Origin: Camelus dromedarius
Lineage: Eukaryota
DNA length: 64,000 nucleotides
Assembly (NCBI RefSeq): GCF_036321535.1
Contig: NC_087436.1
Location: 121,584,001-121,648,000, forward strand
Reading direction: 5' to 3'
Numbering within the stretch: position 1 is the first letter of the stretch; each line of letters opens with the position of its first letter. The notes beneath the pieces are model-generated. The model worked only from the letters and a program-made list of their open reading frames with translations. It ran no database searches and was not told the DNA's origin. This document shows positions 27,289 to 39,589 of the stretch, piece after piece. A program made the translations under genes and the position numbers.

Positions 27289-27886
27289 GGTTTCCCAATT
27301 TCACATGTCCGGAGCGCCAGACTGCGGGGTTTCTCCTTGAGGCAGAGGTGGAAGAACAGAATACGAACTGTGGGGGCTGGAATCATGGCAGGACAGGCAT
27401 TTAGAAAGTTTCTCCCCCTCTCTGACCACGCATCAGTTGAAAGGAGTGCAGCCGAAACTGTAACCAAAGGAGGCAGTATGCTTCCAGAAAAAAATCTCAA
27501 GGAGAAGTATTGCAGGCCAACAGTAGCAGCTGTTTTGGATCAGGCTCTAAACGAAAGGGTGGAGAGATTCAACCAGTTAGTGTGAAACTTGGAGATAAAG
27601 TACTTCTCCCAGAATACAGAGGCACCGAAGACGGCAAGGATTATTTATTTAGAGATGGAGACATTCTTGGAAAATACGTAGGCTGAGATGTCACTATTGA
27701 AATGGCATCACGTGAAGCTGCCCATTCCACTGAAGTTCTGAAATCTTTTCATCATGTGAATAATTTCCACATCTCTCTTTTATAATAAATTTAATGAAAT
27801 CCAAACTAAAGGCATCCAGTGTCTCTAAAATTCAGGTTCACTGTACTGATATTAACAATTCCAAATAAAAATATATAAATAAAAAA
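27289..27886 (+). pseudogene. HSPE1: Processed pseudogene of HSPE1 (mitochondrial 10-kDa chaperonin); former CDS 27385-27686
   Basis: MAGQAFRKFLPL...ERSAAETVTKGG.MLPEK...GGEIQPVSVK.GDKVLLPEY...LFRDGDILGKYV; intronless; two +2 frameshifts and small deletions; 5'UTR, 3'UTR, AATAAA at 27864-27869, polyA; perfect 16-bp TSD AAAGAAACTGCTAAAC at 27273-27288 and 27887-27902. Confidence 0.97.
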
Positions 27887-28315
27887 AAAGAAACTGCTAA
27901 ACAGTAAAGTAAATCTAAAAATATTTTTGAATAATACAGTGATGATGATGCTGTTCAATTTATGAGGTTAAAAAAATTAGACTAAAATACTGAACAATAG
28001 TAGTATGTAACTTAATCATTAAGTTTAACTGGAATTAAAGTATCTTAGTGTCTTTGGTTTGCCTGGTAAGAGAATATGAAATTAATTCCAGACTTTGATA
28101 AATGTGCATGGCAAAATTTCAAAGGCAACCACTAAAAGAGCATGATAGAGTACGTAATCTCCAAGCCAAAGGGGGAGAACATAAAAACAACTGGGTTGTT
28201 CAAAAACTGACACAAAACATACTGTAAAATGATAGAAAAAGTACAAATTTATCAGAATCACAATAAATGTAAATGTACTAAATTACGCCAGTTAAAAGAC
28301 ACATATTATACTGAC

Positions 28316-28782
28316 TGTAGTTGGCTTAATAATGGTCACCAAAGATATCAGTATTAATCCCTGGAACCTGCAGCTGTTACTTTACATTGCAAAGACTTTG
28401 GAGATATGATTAAGCATGTGGGGATGATGAGACTATCCTGGATTTTCTGGATGGACCCTAAACGCAATCACCAGTATCCTTGCAAAAAGGAGGCAGAGGA
28501 AGACTTGACTATACAGACTTACAAGAAAAGGGCGATCTGACCAGGGACACAGAGCCTGGAGTGACACAGCTACAGCCAAAGAATGCTGGCAGCCAAAGAA
28601 GCCAGGAACAGATTCCCTCCTCTAGACCCTCCAGAGGAAGCACATCCCGTCAACACTCAGATTTTGGCTCAGTGATATTGATTTGGGGCTTCTGGATTCC
28701 AGAACTATGAGAGAAAAACTTCTCTTGTTTTAAGGCACCAAGTTTGTGGTAATATGTTACAGCAGCCACAAAAAGCTAATAC
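28316..28782 (+). mobile_element. MaLR solo LTR (MLT1D-like)
   Basis: TGTAG...AATAATGGTCACCAAAGATATC...AATCCCTGGAACCTG...GTTTTAAGGCACCAAGTTTGTGGTAATATGTTACAGCAGCCAC...CTAATACA. Confidence 0.85.
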
Positions 28783-30147
28783 ACCCATAACACATAAGAA
28801 CATGGCAGAACGTCTGAAAGTGAATGGATGAAAATCGGCGCACTAAGCAAACGCCAACCAAAAGGCAGCTGGACCAAGAGGACCGTGGCAGATAAAAGCA
28901 CTTCTTTGGGATGGAAGAACCACCATAAATAATGATTCAAAAAAATTCAGTTCAACAGGAAGAAGAAAACATACATGCCTAACAGAACAGTATCAATACA
29001 TATGAAGTAAAAACTGCTAAAACTCAAAGAAACTGACAAATCTACCACCACACTGGGCAGACTGACCCATACTGAGTAAATTAACACCAAAATACTGCTC
29101 AATTATTAATTTTTAAAATTAATTAAGAAATTAGTAAACAGAAAGAACAATGTAATCAAAAGTGACATCATTAGAAGCACACAGAAACTTGCACCTCCCT
29201 GCCTTCCAAAATAATTAAATTCTTAAAAATACACATTCTTCTCTAGAGTACGAGGAACGTTTAAAAACAGCACCACATATCTGGATGAAATAAAGACAAT
29301 CTCAACAAATTCCATAGAATCAGTAGCATACAAACCATTACTTTGATCACAATGCAATTATAACAAGTCAAAAAAAAATGTTTTAAAAACTTTGACATTT
29401 AAAAGCACACTTTCAAATAATGCCTGGGCCAAGGAAGAAGAAATCATGAAAATTTAAACATATCTACACAATGAAAATATTATACTTGGAAACTGTTGGC
29501 TTTACTAAAAAGCTACTTCTAGAGAAATATATAGCCTTCAACACTTCTATTAAAAAATTAGTTCCTATTGTTGGACAGTGAGATTTGCTTCCGTTATTTG
29601 CTATTTAAAAAACTAAAAACAACAACAACAAAAGAGTAAGTGACCAATTTCTAAGAAGTTACAAACAGAATAAACTCCAAACCATTTAGTAACCACGCTT
29701 ACTATGCTTTATATATATGATTTCTAATCCTTTAAACTACTCTGAAAGTTACATTGTATCTTAGAATATCACTACAAATGTCCCAATCACCTGAGGCTTT
29801 AAACATAAACCATATATGCCCTTTCAGGAAAAAAAAAATGTACGTCCTGTAAGATGTAACTCATGTATTCATTCTTACAAATACCATCCAGGCTTGACTT
29901 ATACTGAGAATAAAGATGATGTCACGGCTTTTTTCACAGCACAGTGAAATCTGGGGTCAAGAGATGAAATAATGTACAAATAACTCATTTTATGAGAAAG
30001 TTACTGGCAACCTTCCATAGTTATTGTCAGCAAAATCTGCACTATTTTCATGAAGATTGGACTTCACCCTAGGGCATTATGAAATAATCAAAATGGAAAT
30101 TATCCACTAAGAAAAAGTAAAACAGACTTTAAAATCACTAGCTTCAG

Positions 30148-30336
30148 GGGGAGGGTACAGCTCAGTGGTAGAGCACGTGCTTAGCATGCACAACGTCATG
30201 GGTTCAATCCCCAGTACCTCCATTAAATAAATAAATGAATGAATGAATAAACAAACAAATAAAGAAAGAAACTGATTACCTCCCCCCTCAAAAATAAACC
30301 AAAAAAATGAATTAAAAAAGAAGTATAGTTTTTTTA
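30148..30336 (+). mobile_element. Full-length tRNA-Ala-derived SINE (Vic-1-like) with TSD
   Basis: GGGGAGGGTACAGCTCAGTGGTAGAGCACGTGCTTAGCATGCAC...GGTTCAATCCCCAGTACCTCC; TSD AAAATC(A/G)CTAGCTTCAG at 30131-30147 and 30337-30353. Confidence 0.92.
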
Positions 30337-31626
30337 AAAATCGCTAGCTTCAGTTTTATAAAATAGAAATGATAAAAATAACTGTGGGCAAGTGATATGA
30401 AACATCTCAATGACCTGAACAGCTCTAACAGGGATCCACCTCATGCCACTACAGAGAAGGCCCTACAGGAGTTCCCTGTAGTCATCCTCGTGGGCTACCT
30501 CCCCGTCCAGTCTGAAGAGCCATGAGCCCTTGAAGCAGGACCTCTGCTCTTATCTTTGATTCCCCAATGCCCAGTGCAATGCCTGGCACACTGAAGCCCT
30601 TTTTAAAAGTTCAGTGAATTGAGGAGGAAGTGGGGGGTATATATGTATAGTTTAATGAATTAAGAAACCTCCTTAATGTCATTTCTAATCTAGAGACAAA
30701 GAAAATCCATACCATCATCGCTTGACTAAAATCTGGAAAAGAAATGTTTCCTTCAAGAAATTCCCTGCTTTCCAAATCAATCCATCAGTCAAACGCCCTA
30801 TGCAGAAAATGGTGCACATTCAATATTTCAGACATTCTAGGTCAGTGACATTCCTGGTGGTTATTCTGCCAAAGAGCGCTGTGCTTCAGTTCCAGGGACG
30901 ATGCTCAGAATAAACCAAGACAGAGTATCTGGAAGGTGGGGTTATTAAGTTCCCCCTAAGGGAGCAGACTAACTTCACATCTCTCCTACTAAAGTAGACT
31001 CACCCCTAAAGGGAGCCATTCCATGAGACTCAAGCACCGTTTCTACCCTCCCTTCTTGCCTGAGGCTCTATGCAGTAACAACTCGGTTAATGGTATCACC
31101 TGGGAACAAGGCTGGCCTGTTAACTAAAATATTCTTAAATCTTAGAAAGAATGGCTTAACCACAAAGTTCCTGCAAACTGCAAATACTGTAGCTGTAACA
31201 AACAAAACTATCCCTGCACAGAGCTTTAAAAAAAGAGAGTGGGAGTAGCTAGTAAAGAGGGTTTTTTTTTTATTATTGCTTTTCTGTGCCTTTTCCTCTT
31301 AACATCTGCTTCTCCCTCCTCTGTACACTGTTAAAGGAGGAAGGGAAAGGAAAGCACTGATAGCAAACCTACATACAACACACATTCAGAAGCCCTCTCA
31401 CCACGGGCCCACAACACCTCTAGTTAGGTAAGATTCGTACTACTACTATTCCTATTTCAACAGAAGAAAAAGATGAGTTCAGAGAATCTCACCAACTTGG
31501 CCCAGGGCTACATATTCTGAGTGCCACAACTGGAACTGCATCCTGACACTACGTCCCTAATACCCCAACCAACAGTTGACAACTGACTTTAGTGAAAATA
31601 AAATTCTTAATGCAGCATTTGCATTT

Positions 31627-31960
31627 CTACAGCTTTTTTGACATTCACATATAAAATTCATGTGTGTACAGTTCATTGGGTTTCAGTACATTAACAGAAA
31701 TGTGTAACCATCAACACAACCTAATTTTATAACATCTTCAACACCCAAGAAGAAACCCCACATACATCAGCAGTCACTCCCCATTCCTATTCCTCCCTCC
31801 CCTCCAGCCTTTCTCTGGCTTCTTTCACTTAGCATGAAGTTTCCCAAGTTCATCCATGCATAGCACGGATCAGTATTTCATTCTTTATTATTGGGTTTGT
31901 TTCCACTTTTCGGCTATGAACATTCATGTACAAGTTTTTCTGTAAATGTATGTTTTCACT
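31627..31960 (-). mobile_element. L1M(B)-like 3' end fragment with TSD
   Basis: CATCAGCAGTCACTCCCCATTCC and TTCACTTAGCATG...GTTCATCCATG; TSD CAGCATTTGCATTT at 31613-31626 and 31961-31974. Confidence 0.8.
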
Positions 31961-34744
31961 CAGCATTTGCATTTTCAGAGAGTTTTCACAACATTCTCTT
32001 CTTTGCATCTTATAACCACTTCATTTTGTGTCAGAGAAAACTGAGACTGGGAGCAGTTAAGTGACTTTATCACCCACTGCTGGGTAACCCTCAGTGAACC
32101 TGCAGTAAACTCACACCCTCTGGCTGAAGACTTGTTCACTTCTTACCACCAACTGCTTTGTCTCCTCCACAAGGCATTTTAGGCAGTAGCGTGCAGATGA
32201 GAAAAACTCCTTGTTTAGGTGAGGAGCTCCCTGAATCACTCTCAGTAAGTCGATCAATGGGGTAAATTTAAACTAAGTCTTTCCGAATAAGAGAAAGGGA
32301 GAACCAAGAGTCTGAGACAGGATATTCTAAAGGTCCCTCCCAAGTGGGGGCCTCCTCCTCCCGATGGAGACACTCAGAGCTGCCATCCCAGGGTGCTGCA
32401 GAGGCACACAAGGGGCCAACCTCCACTGAGGCCAGTCACCGAGCGCGGCCTGGGCCGAGCATAAACGCGCGTGTGCCTGTGGGTCGCACCCCTGACACCA
32501 AGCGCAAGCTCCCAGCCCTGGGCCCCCAGGCCCCCGGGCCCCAGCACAGAGCAAACTGTTCTGACACGGGTACGGGATCTGAGGAGTGTACGCTGCTGTG
32601 GTCGATTATATAAACCCCCTTCCCAACCTCCCGAAGCAGCTCGGAGGCTGACAGTATTTTTGGTAATGAGGTTCAGGAATATGGTTAATAACTGTATTTG
32701 TAATACATAACAGCCATTTACTGACAGCTTACTGGATACCTTTTATGTATTTAGTTCATTTAATCTTCACAGTAACTGCAAAATAGGCACTATGATTACC
32801 TCCACTTTCTTATGTGGTGGAAACACGCAGTTGGTGGGAGTATAACCTGGTATAACTCGTTAGGAGGGTAATTTGGAAATAGCTATGGAAACTAAAAGCA
32901 CCAATATCCTTGACCAGGTACTCTCAATTCTGAGAATGTATCTACAGATACACTTCACAGTGCCCAAGGACAGAGATGCGAGAGTATCAACTGAAAAAGT
33001 TTGTAACAGTTAAAACTGGGAATCAAATCTCAATACAGCAGCAGTAATAAATTATACAATATCCGTAAAATGAAATACCTGAGACTATGAAAGAGAATGG
33101 AATAGATTCATGTGTGCTGTTACTGAGCATTCACAAAGACGTATTAAGGAGGAGCAAAGTGGGTTTCGTCATGTGTAATACTTTATTTTTTAAAGGAGGT
33201 CATGTACATACCACCGTTCTGGCTGTGTGCTCTTGGGCAAGTCACTAAACCTGTCGCATAGCTTCTCATCTGCAAAATGGGTAACGATGCTTCCCACACA
33301 GTGCCTGATAAAAATTCCTGCAGCTATCACTGTGACTACTTCATGATTATTTAAGTATGCTGCTACGGACAATAACTCTGTCACCATTAGACGGGCTCCC
33401 CAAAAACCTCAATTTCACACCTGTACTCCCCAGTGCCAGGCACTAGGCGTGCAAAGGGAAACTGGAAAACAGCACCTGCTCAGGTCCCTCGTCTAGGTCA
33501 CAGCCCACGAGGGTTTTCTCCTCCAGAAGTCTGGCCCACGTGGCCCGCCCCTTCAGCAGCTGCCATCAACAGGCAACAAGAAGCCGTGTGCAGTGAGATG
33601 TGTCTCCACTGCCCATCCGTTTCCCTCCAGATGCACACAGGTTCAATCTCTGACGAACTGTCACCTCCTCAGAGAAGCCTGCCTTACCCCCATGTGAAAC
33701 AGGCCCTTGCGGCATCATCTCTCTGCCCTCACCCTGCCGCCATGGCCTTCACGCATTATTCCTACCTGATACTACAGTGTTTTGTTATTACCTATCTCTC
33801 ATTCTAGAACGTAAGTTCCCCAGAGAGGGGGATGTGTCTCAACCTCTGTGCGTCTCATTCCTGCTCTGTCCACTGTGCCCAGAGTTGAACCCAGCATATT
33901 AGAGGTGCTCAATACCTATGTGTGAAGAGACAGGACTGATATGCAAGTTAATAAAAGCTACAGAATGGAAAATATTCTTGCAAAGTAACTTATTTTAAAA
34001 TGACTGTTGCCATTTTATCCTGGAAGAGCAAGTTCTCAAGTCACTGTTCAGTTAAAAATTAAGTGGCCTGCAGACTCCAGTCCTATTTTATTTAAAATGC
34101 CATCTTTTTCCTATGGAGCATAAATTCATATAAAATCGTACCAAATAGGCTCAACACTTTTAAGCTAACAGGGATCAAAACCAGTGTCATACGTTAGTCA
34201 TAACAATTGCTTAAAAAGGTGCTTCTGGGATAAACAAAGCTCAAAGGGCAGACTGAATTAAACTCGCCTCCCTTCATCCCTGCCAGCCAAGTATCCCGCC
34301 TACGGAGGGTTAGAGAAAACATTAACTGCTGAACAGTTTTGTTAATGTTTAATGTTATGCTATGTTAAGATTCCTAAATGTTTTAAGGAGCCATGTGATA
34401 GCTAGTAAGCACTGAATAAACTAAACAAGTATTAGCAAATTTAATCTGCTACTTAACCAAATCTTAGATTCAGCTTTTAAAACCTTACAAGACAGGAAAT
34501 TCAAACGAGGAAATCCCTTCTCCTTATCAAAATAACCTGCCAAAGCATGGGGGAAGATAAAAACAAATTGATTTCTAGGATTCAAACATAAACTGTTTCT
34601 GTTGGTGGTGTTGTTTTAGTGACTTTAGCTTCTCAAGAAGGCTAGGAATTTAATTTGTGTAAAAAGAAAAATGGTGCCATTCACCATCTCCAACACAGGA
34701 AAAATTTTAAAGTCCTACTGCTAACATAACAGAACAGAGTTTAA

Positions 34745-35525
34745 GAATGTTTATAGGACTACATCATGATTCAGAACCCATCAACGAAAAATTTACAATG
34801 TCTGGAATCCAGCAAAGAATTACTTGATGAGCAAAGAAGCAGGAAAATATACCCTATCGAGGAGCTAAGTCAATCAAATCCAACCCAGAACTGAGAAAGA
34901 AGTTACAACTGGTGGACAAGATCACCAGAACAGGGAGTACAACGGTATTACGTACGTTCAAAATCTCAAACAGAAAGATGGAAGATATAAAAATGATACA
35001 AACTGAACTTCTCAAGATGAAAGCTACAACATAAGATAAAAAACTACACTGAACAAGATTAACGGTAGATTAAACACTGTAGAAAAGAGAGGAGTGAATC
35101 TAAAGATAGAGCAATAAAAAAACAATCAAAACAAAACACATAGAGAAAAGACAAACAAACAGAGCATCCATGAGCCATGGGGCAACTTTAAATGGTCTAA
35201 CCTGAATGAAACTGGAGTTCTTCAAAGAGGTGACATAGAGAAGAAAAAATATTTCTTAAAAAATGGCCAAAATTTTCCCTAGTTTGATGAACACTACAAA
35301 CCCACAGATCCAAGAAAGCTCTCAATGGATCCCAAGCACAAGATACACGTAAAAAACTGTGGAACACAGAAGCACATCAAAATAAAATTGCTCAAAACCA
35401 GTGATAAGGAAAGTCTTGAAAGCAGCCAAAGAAAAAGACAACGCATGTAGAAGAACAAGATACAGATGGCAGCAGACTGCTTATAGGTGACATGAGCAAG
35501 ACGGCAGTGAAGCAGCATCTTTAAA
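34745..35525 (+). mobile_element. Old L1 ORF1 fragment
   Basis: AAATGGCCAAAATTTTCCCTAGTTTGATGAACACTACAAACCCACAGATCCAAGAAAGCTC. Confidence 0.8.
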
Positions 35526-36047
35526 GGGAAAACTGAAAGACTTTAGTCCCACGGTTTTGAGTTCCAAGTCTTTGGGTGCAAATCTGTAATTTAGTATAGC
35601 AAGTTTCTGTCATTTCATCTGGCAAGATTAGCTATAATACACACAGCATCGGATTTTTTCAGTACAATGTTTTTACACCCAAAAGGCATGAGATTAACTG
35701 TTGGAGGTGCATTCAAGAGAAGTTAATGCACCATTAGTAATGGTTCCTCTCTCCTTTCTTGCTCCCAAGTATAATCTAAATATAGGATAATAAATCACAC
35801 ACTTGGGCAGCATCTACCGCTTACAAAGTACTTTTTCACTTAATTTCATACAAACTCTCTGAAGTAGATAAGGAAGGTATGGTCATACCCATTGCATAAA
35901 TGGGAAAACTGAAGCTCAGAAAAAAGAGAAGTGATTTGCCCAAGGATGTGAGGTGGAGGAAGTGGTGGAGGTGGGGGTAGGAAAGGGGCCTCACCATTCC
36001 TTAGGCTCTTCCTCTAGGCCAGGTATAATGCTAGCTTAAGATTCACT

Positions 36048-36192
36048 GGGGGGGGGGTATAGCTCAGAGGTAGAGTGCATGGTTAGCATGCATGAGGTCC
36101 TGAGTTCAATCCCTAGTTAAAAAAAAAAAAAATTAGTAAATAAATAAACAAACCTAGTTACCTACCCCCCTCAAAACAAAACACACACAGAA
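36048..36192 (+). mobile_element. tRNA-Ala-derived SINE (Vic-1-like)
   Basis: GGGGGTATAGCTCAGAGGTAGAGTGCATGGTTAGCATGCATGAGGTCCTGAGTTCAATCCC plus AAACCTAGTTACCT..CCCCC tail. Confidence 0.88.
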
Positions 36193-36610
36193 AAGATTAA
36201 TTTGGCAAAAAGAGTTACACAGCTATGTGTAACCAGCCCTTTCTAACTCCAAGTAGCTCTTTCTATTAAACCACAGCTGAAATATATTAAACTAAAGGAC
36301 AAATACAAAATATAAAAATTCATTCTGGGATACAACTAGAATAATGATGTCGAAAGTTCTACTCAAAGAAAAGTAAAACAGATTCCTTAATGAAGAAAAG
36401 AATAGTATTTCGCTTACTATAAAGGACAAGACCCCCAACGACTGCCCTACAGCCAACACCATGTGACATCTCAGGGTAGTGTTTCTCCCACACAGCTGCT
36501 CACTGCAGGCCGAAGCAGGATGCAGTAAAAGAAGGTCCACTGGCAGACGAAACAGTTCAGTCCAGAAGGCAGATACCTAACTGGACCTAATGATAAAATT
36601 TAGACTCCAG

Positions 36611-36922
36611 GCAGAAATCAGCAAATGCCCGACCTCCCAAGCCAAATCCAGCTCACTGCCTGCTTTTATAAAGGCCACAAGCTAACACAGATCTTCAAAG
36701 GCTAAAAAAAATTTTTTGGAACATAAATAACGACAGACATGAAATCAATTTAAATTTCAGAGCCCATAAGGAAGGTTTTATTGGACAGTTATTGATTCAT
36801 TTACGAATCCTCTATGGCTGCTTTCATGCAACAGCAGAACTAAGTAGCTGAGAGATTACACAGCTCTCAAAGCCTGAAGTATTTATTATCCAGCCCTTTA
36901 CAGAAAGTTCGCCGACTCCTGC
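36611..36922. mobile_element. MER58-like hAT-Charlie DNA transposon
   Basis: TCAGCAAA...GCCAAATCCAGCTCACTGCCTGCTTTTATAAA...CTATGGCTGCTTTCATGC...AAAGCCTGAAGTATTTATTATCCAGCCCTTTACAGAAAGTTCGCCGACTCCTG. Confidence 0.8.
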
Positions 36923-37179
36923 CTTAAGGGAACAGATGGGCCTCTAATTTTGCCATGAACATTATTTCTGAAAACTAAGCTTTCTGAAAATTAACTGAAG
37001 ATCACTACTGCAACAAATAATTCTTAAGGACCTGCTCTCCCCCAGGCACCGTGCAAGCCTGGGGAAACAGAGCACTAGACAAGGCTCAGCACCTGCCCTC
37101 ACGGGGAAGCCCAGGGCCCACGGGTATAGCCAAGTGACTAAGTAACAGGATGAAGAAAATATACAGACGAAGGGCAGCA

Positions 37180-37390
37180 CAGCCTGGTGGCTAAGAGTAT
37201 CATCTCTGGGGTTAGACATCCTTGGTCTGAATCCCAGCACCACCATCTCCTATGGGACCCTGGCAATCACTTAAACTTCCTTGGTTTTCTTCAACTGAAA
37301 AAAATGATAATAGTATCTACGCAATAGGATTGTTTTAAGGATTAAATGAGATAATATATAAAAAGTACAATGACTAGCATACAGCAAGTG
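37180..37390. mobile_element. MIR
   Basis: TCTGAATCCCAGCACCACC...GGCAATCACTTAAACTTC...ATAGGATTGTTTTAAGGATTAAATGAGATAATATAT. Confidence 0.75.
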
Positions 37391-39589
37391 TTTAAAAAGA
37401 TGAAAATTCCAGTTTAAACTGAATTTCAGGAATTCTATGTTACCAGCTAAATGGTATCCCTATTTTTCAACAGTCATTTAAACGCTGCACCCAATGTGGG
37501 TAAGTAACCCCACCTTCACAGACGGTAGTCCTGGGTCCACTGCAACACTAGTTATGCAAGGGACCACTGTTCTAAGAGCAAGGCCATAAAGCAGCAGTTC
37601 TTAATCAGGGAATGCATTTGAACCACCTGGCCCAGGGTCAGGATTCAAGTCTAGGTAGGATCTCTGTGTATGTGTTTAAGCCGCTGCCATAAAACGTGGC
37701 TACAAAAAATTTAGTCTAAAAAAACCTGCCATTTCTCCTTCACAAAATGCCATTTTTTCTTTGCCCACTGAGTCCAGCTTTCAGTATCAAGTTTAATTCT
37801 ACCTTCTTTATGTAGCCCTCCCTGATGGCCTTTTATTTTTAGCTGTCATTTTCCTAACTGTGTGACAATTTCACAAAGACTTAAAGAGACCAATCCTAAA
37901 TCATTCATTCATTCCCCACATACTTACTGGGCACCTACCAGGTGTCATGCTAAGTGCTCAAAACACAGTGGGAAGCGAAACCAAAGTGCTATAAGAGATG
38001 AGACTGGAGATGAGGGAAGAGGACAAACCTTGAAAGCCTAGTCCTGGAACTCGGGGCTGACGGGCCATGGAGAATCACTGAAAGCTCTGACAGGGAAGTG
38101 TCACAGCCTAGTCTATGACTCAGAACTCATTCTAGCAAGAACACAGAGGGGTCAGCTTAAACAGTGGATAAATATCCACTGCCTTAATGGAGTATCATTC
38201 TTGTGGAAGCAAAAACAAAAGTAAACAGACAATCAAAACTGAAGAACAGAAGTGTCTGAGTTAGTGAGTGACAGGGAAAACCTACATTAAGAGGGCAGTT
38301 AAGGAGGATTCTTTAAAAGACATTTAAGCGGAGTCCTGAAAGGTGAGAAGGAGGGGTGTAAAAGCACTTGTTCTAGGCAGAGGGATCAACATGCAACTCT
38401 CCATATCAGAAACGAGCTAGGCAGGCTGCAGGAAGGCTACTGAGAACGCAACATACCTGAGGAAGCAGAACGGCAGGACGGGAGCATGACAAGGAATCCG
38501 GATTTTGTTCTACATGTAACGAGAAGTCATTGGGTTGCTTTGTTTTGTTTGTAAAATTACTTATTTCATTGTGAGTGCATCATCCAATTACATGAGTCAA
38601 AATCTGAAAGACTTATAAGGTTATACAGAGAAAAGAAAGTCTTGTCCCACCCCTGCCCAACAGCCTCATAGTTCCCTAGAGGCAACCGCTTTATCTGCCT
38701 TTGAAGGGTTTCAGCAAGACAGAACATGATCTAATTTACACCATGTAAGTCACCCTAGCTGCCAGGTGGAGAGTAAGCAGGAAGAAAGGACTTGGGGAAA
38801 CCAGCTAGAGGCTGCTGCAGCAGTCCAAGGGAGACAAGGCGGCTGCTGGGACCCAGGTGGTAACAGTGCGGATGGGACAGAAGGGCTGATTCAGGATGTA
38901 TTCTGAAGGCAGAGCTGACAGCAAGACAGCATTAACAACTATACTTGTAGGCTTCGTTTTCCACACACTATAACCTATGAGTCTAATATTTTAGATCTTA
39001 AAGCTTAAATACTCAGGATTCAGTGAATATGTAGATTTATAATGAGTGAGAGAACAATAGGAAACAACAGAAAAAGATTACTAAAATGGGATGTTAACAA
39101 CTTGACTAATAATGAACTTACTGTGTCTATATGAGTCAGATGATTTTATCTCAGAAATAGCATTTATGAAACCAACCCCAAATTATCACTGCAATTGAGG
39201 GATTGAAATAGCAGCTGTTCAAAAAACTTAAAATGTAAAACTAGTCTTCAACACCTGTAGCTGTTAACTACCACGTAACAGAGAAGGCTAGTCTTCTCAA
39301 TAGAACAGAATTTCAGAGCATGACATCACACCCCTGTGAAGTACTTCCTTCCATTCTGATAATTTTAAATGTACCAGAAAATTCTCACCAAATCACAGTA
39401 TAAGAAAAAAATGCCACTACCGGACAAGACACTTGTGTTAAACAGTCATTAAAAGCAGTCACGTCTTCTTAAATAAAGTATGATACAACCACGTAAAGAA
39501 GCACAAAGCAACTGAAAGAAGGAATGAGTAATATGTCTATATTACAGTCTGGCATGGATGCCAAATGTTAAGTGAAAAAAAGCATGGTG

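Larger units (their letters stand above)
26330..29550 (+). mobile_element. Old L1 (ORF1 to ORF2 endonuclease region), interrupted by the HSPE1 retrocopy and an MLT1D-like LTR
   Basis: ORF1-like (AAAGAATGGCTGACAATTCTAC; GTCAATCTAGATTTTTATATCAAGC) and endonuclease-like (CAATAAATGTAAATG; TTGATCACAATGCAATTA) blocks in L1 order. Confidence 0.7.

Noticed and set aside
27337..27585. 82-aa ORF with an HSP10 N-terminus as a functional gene
   Set aside because: It frameshifts after MLPEK, has substitutions in the conserved PLFDRV motif, and carries retrocopy hallmarks.
30148..30222. Apparent tRNA-Ala(AGC) gene
   Set aside because: It has a SINE tail and a TSD, shows T-arm mismatches, and has four related copies in the window; it is a SINE head.
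35712..35720. TTCAAGAGA, the common shRNA loop, inside a hairpin
   Set aside because: The arms are not a 19-21-bp perfect stem directly flanking the loop, and no vector sequence is present; coincidence.
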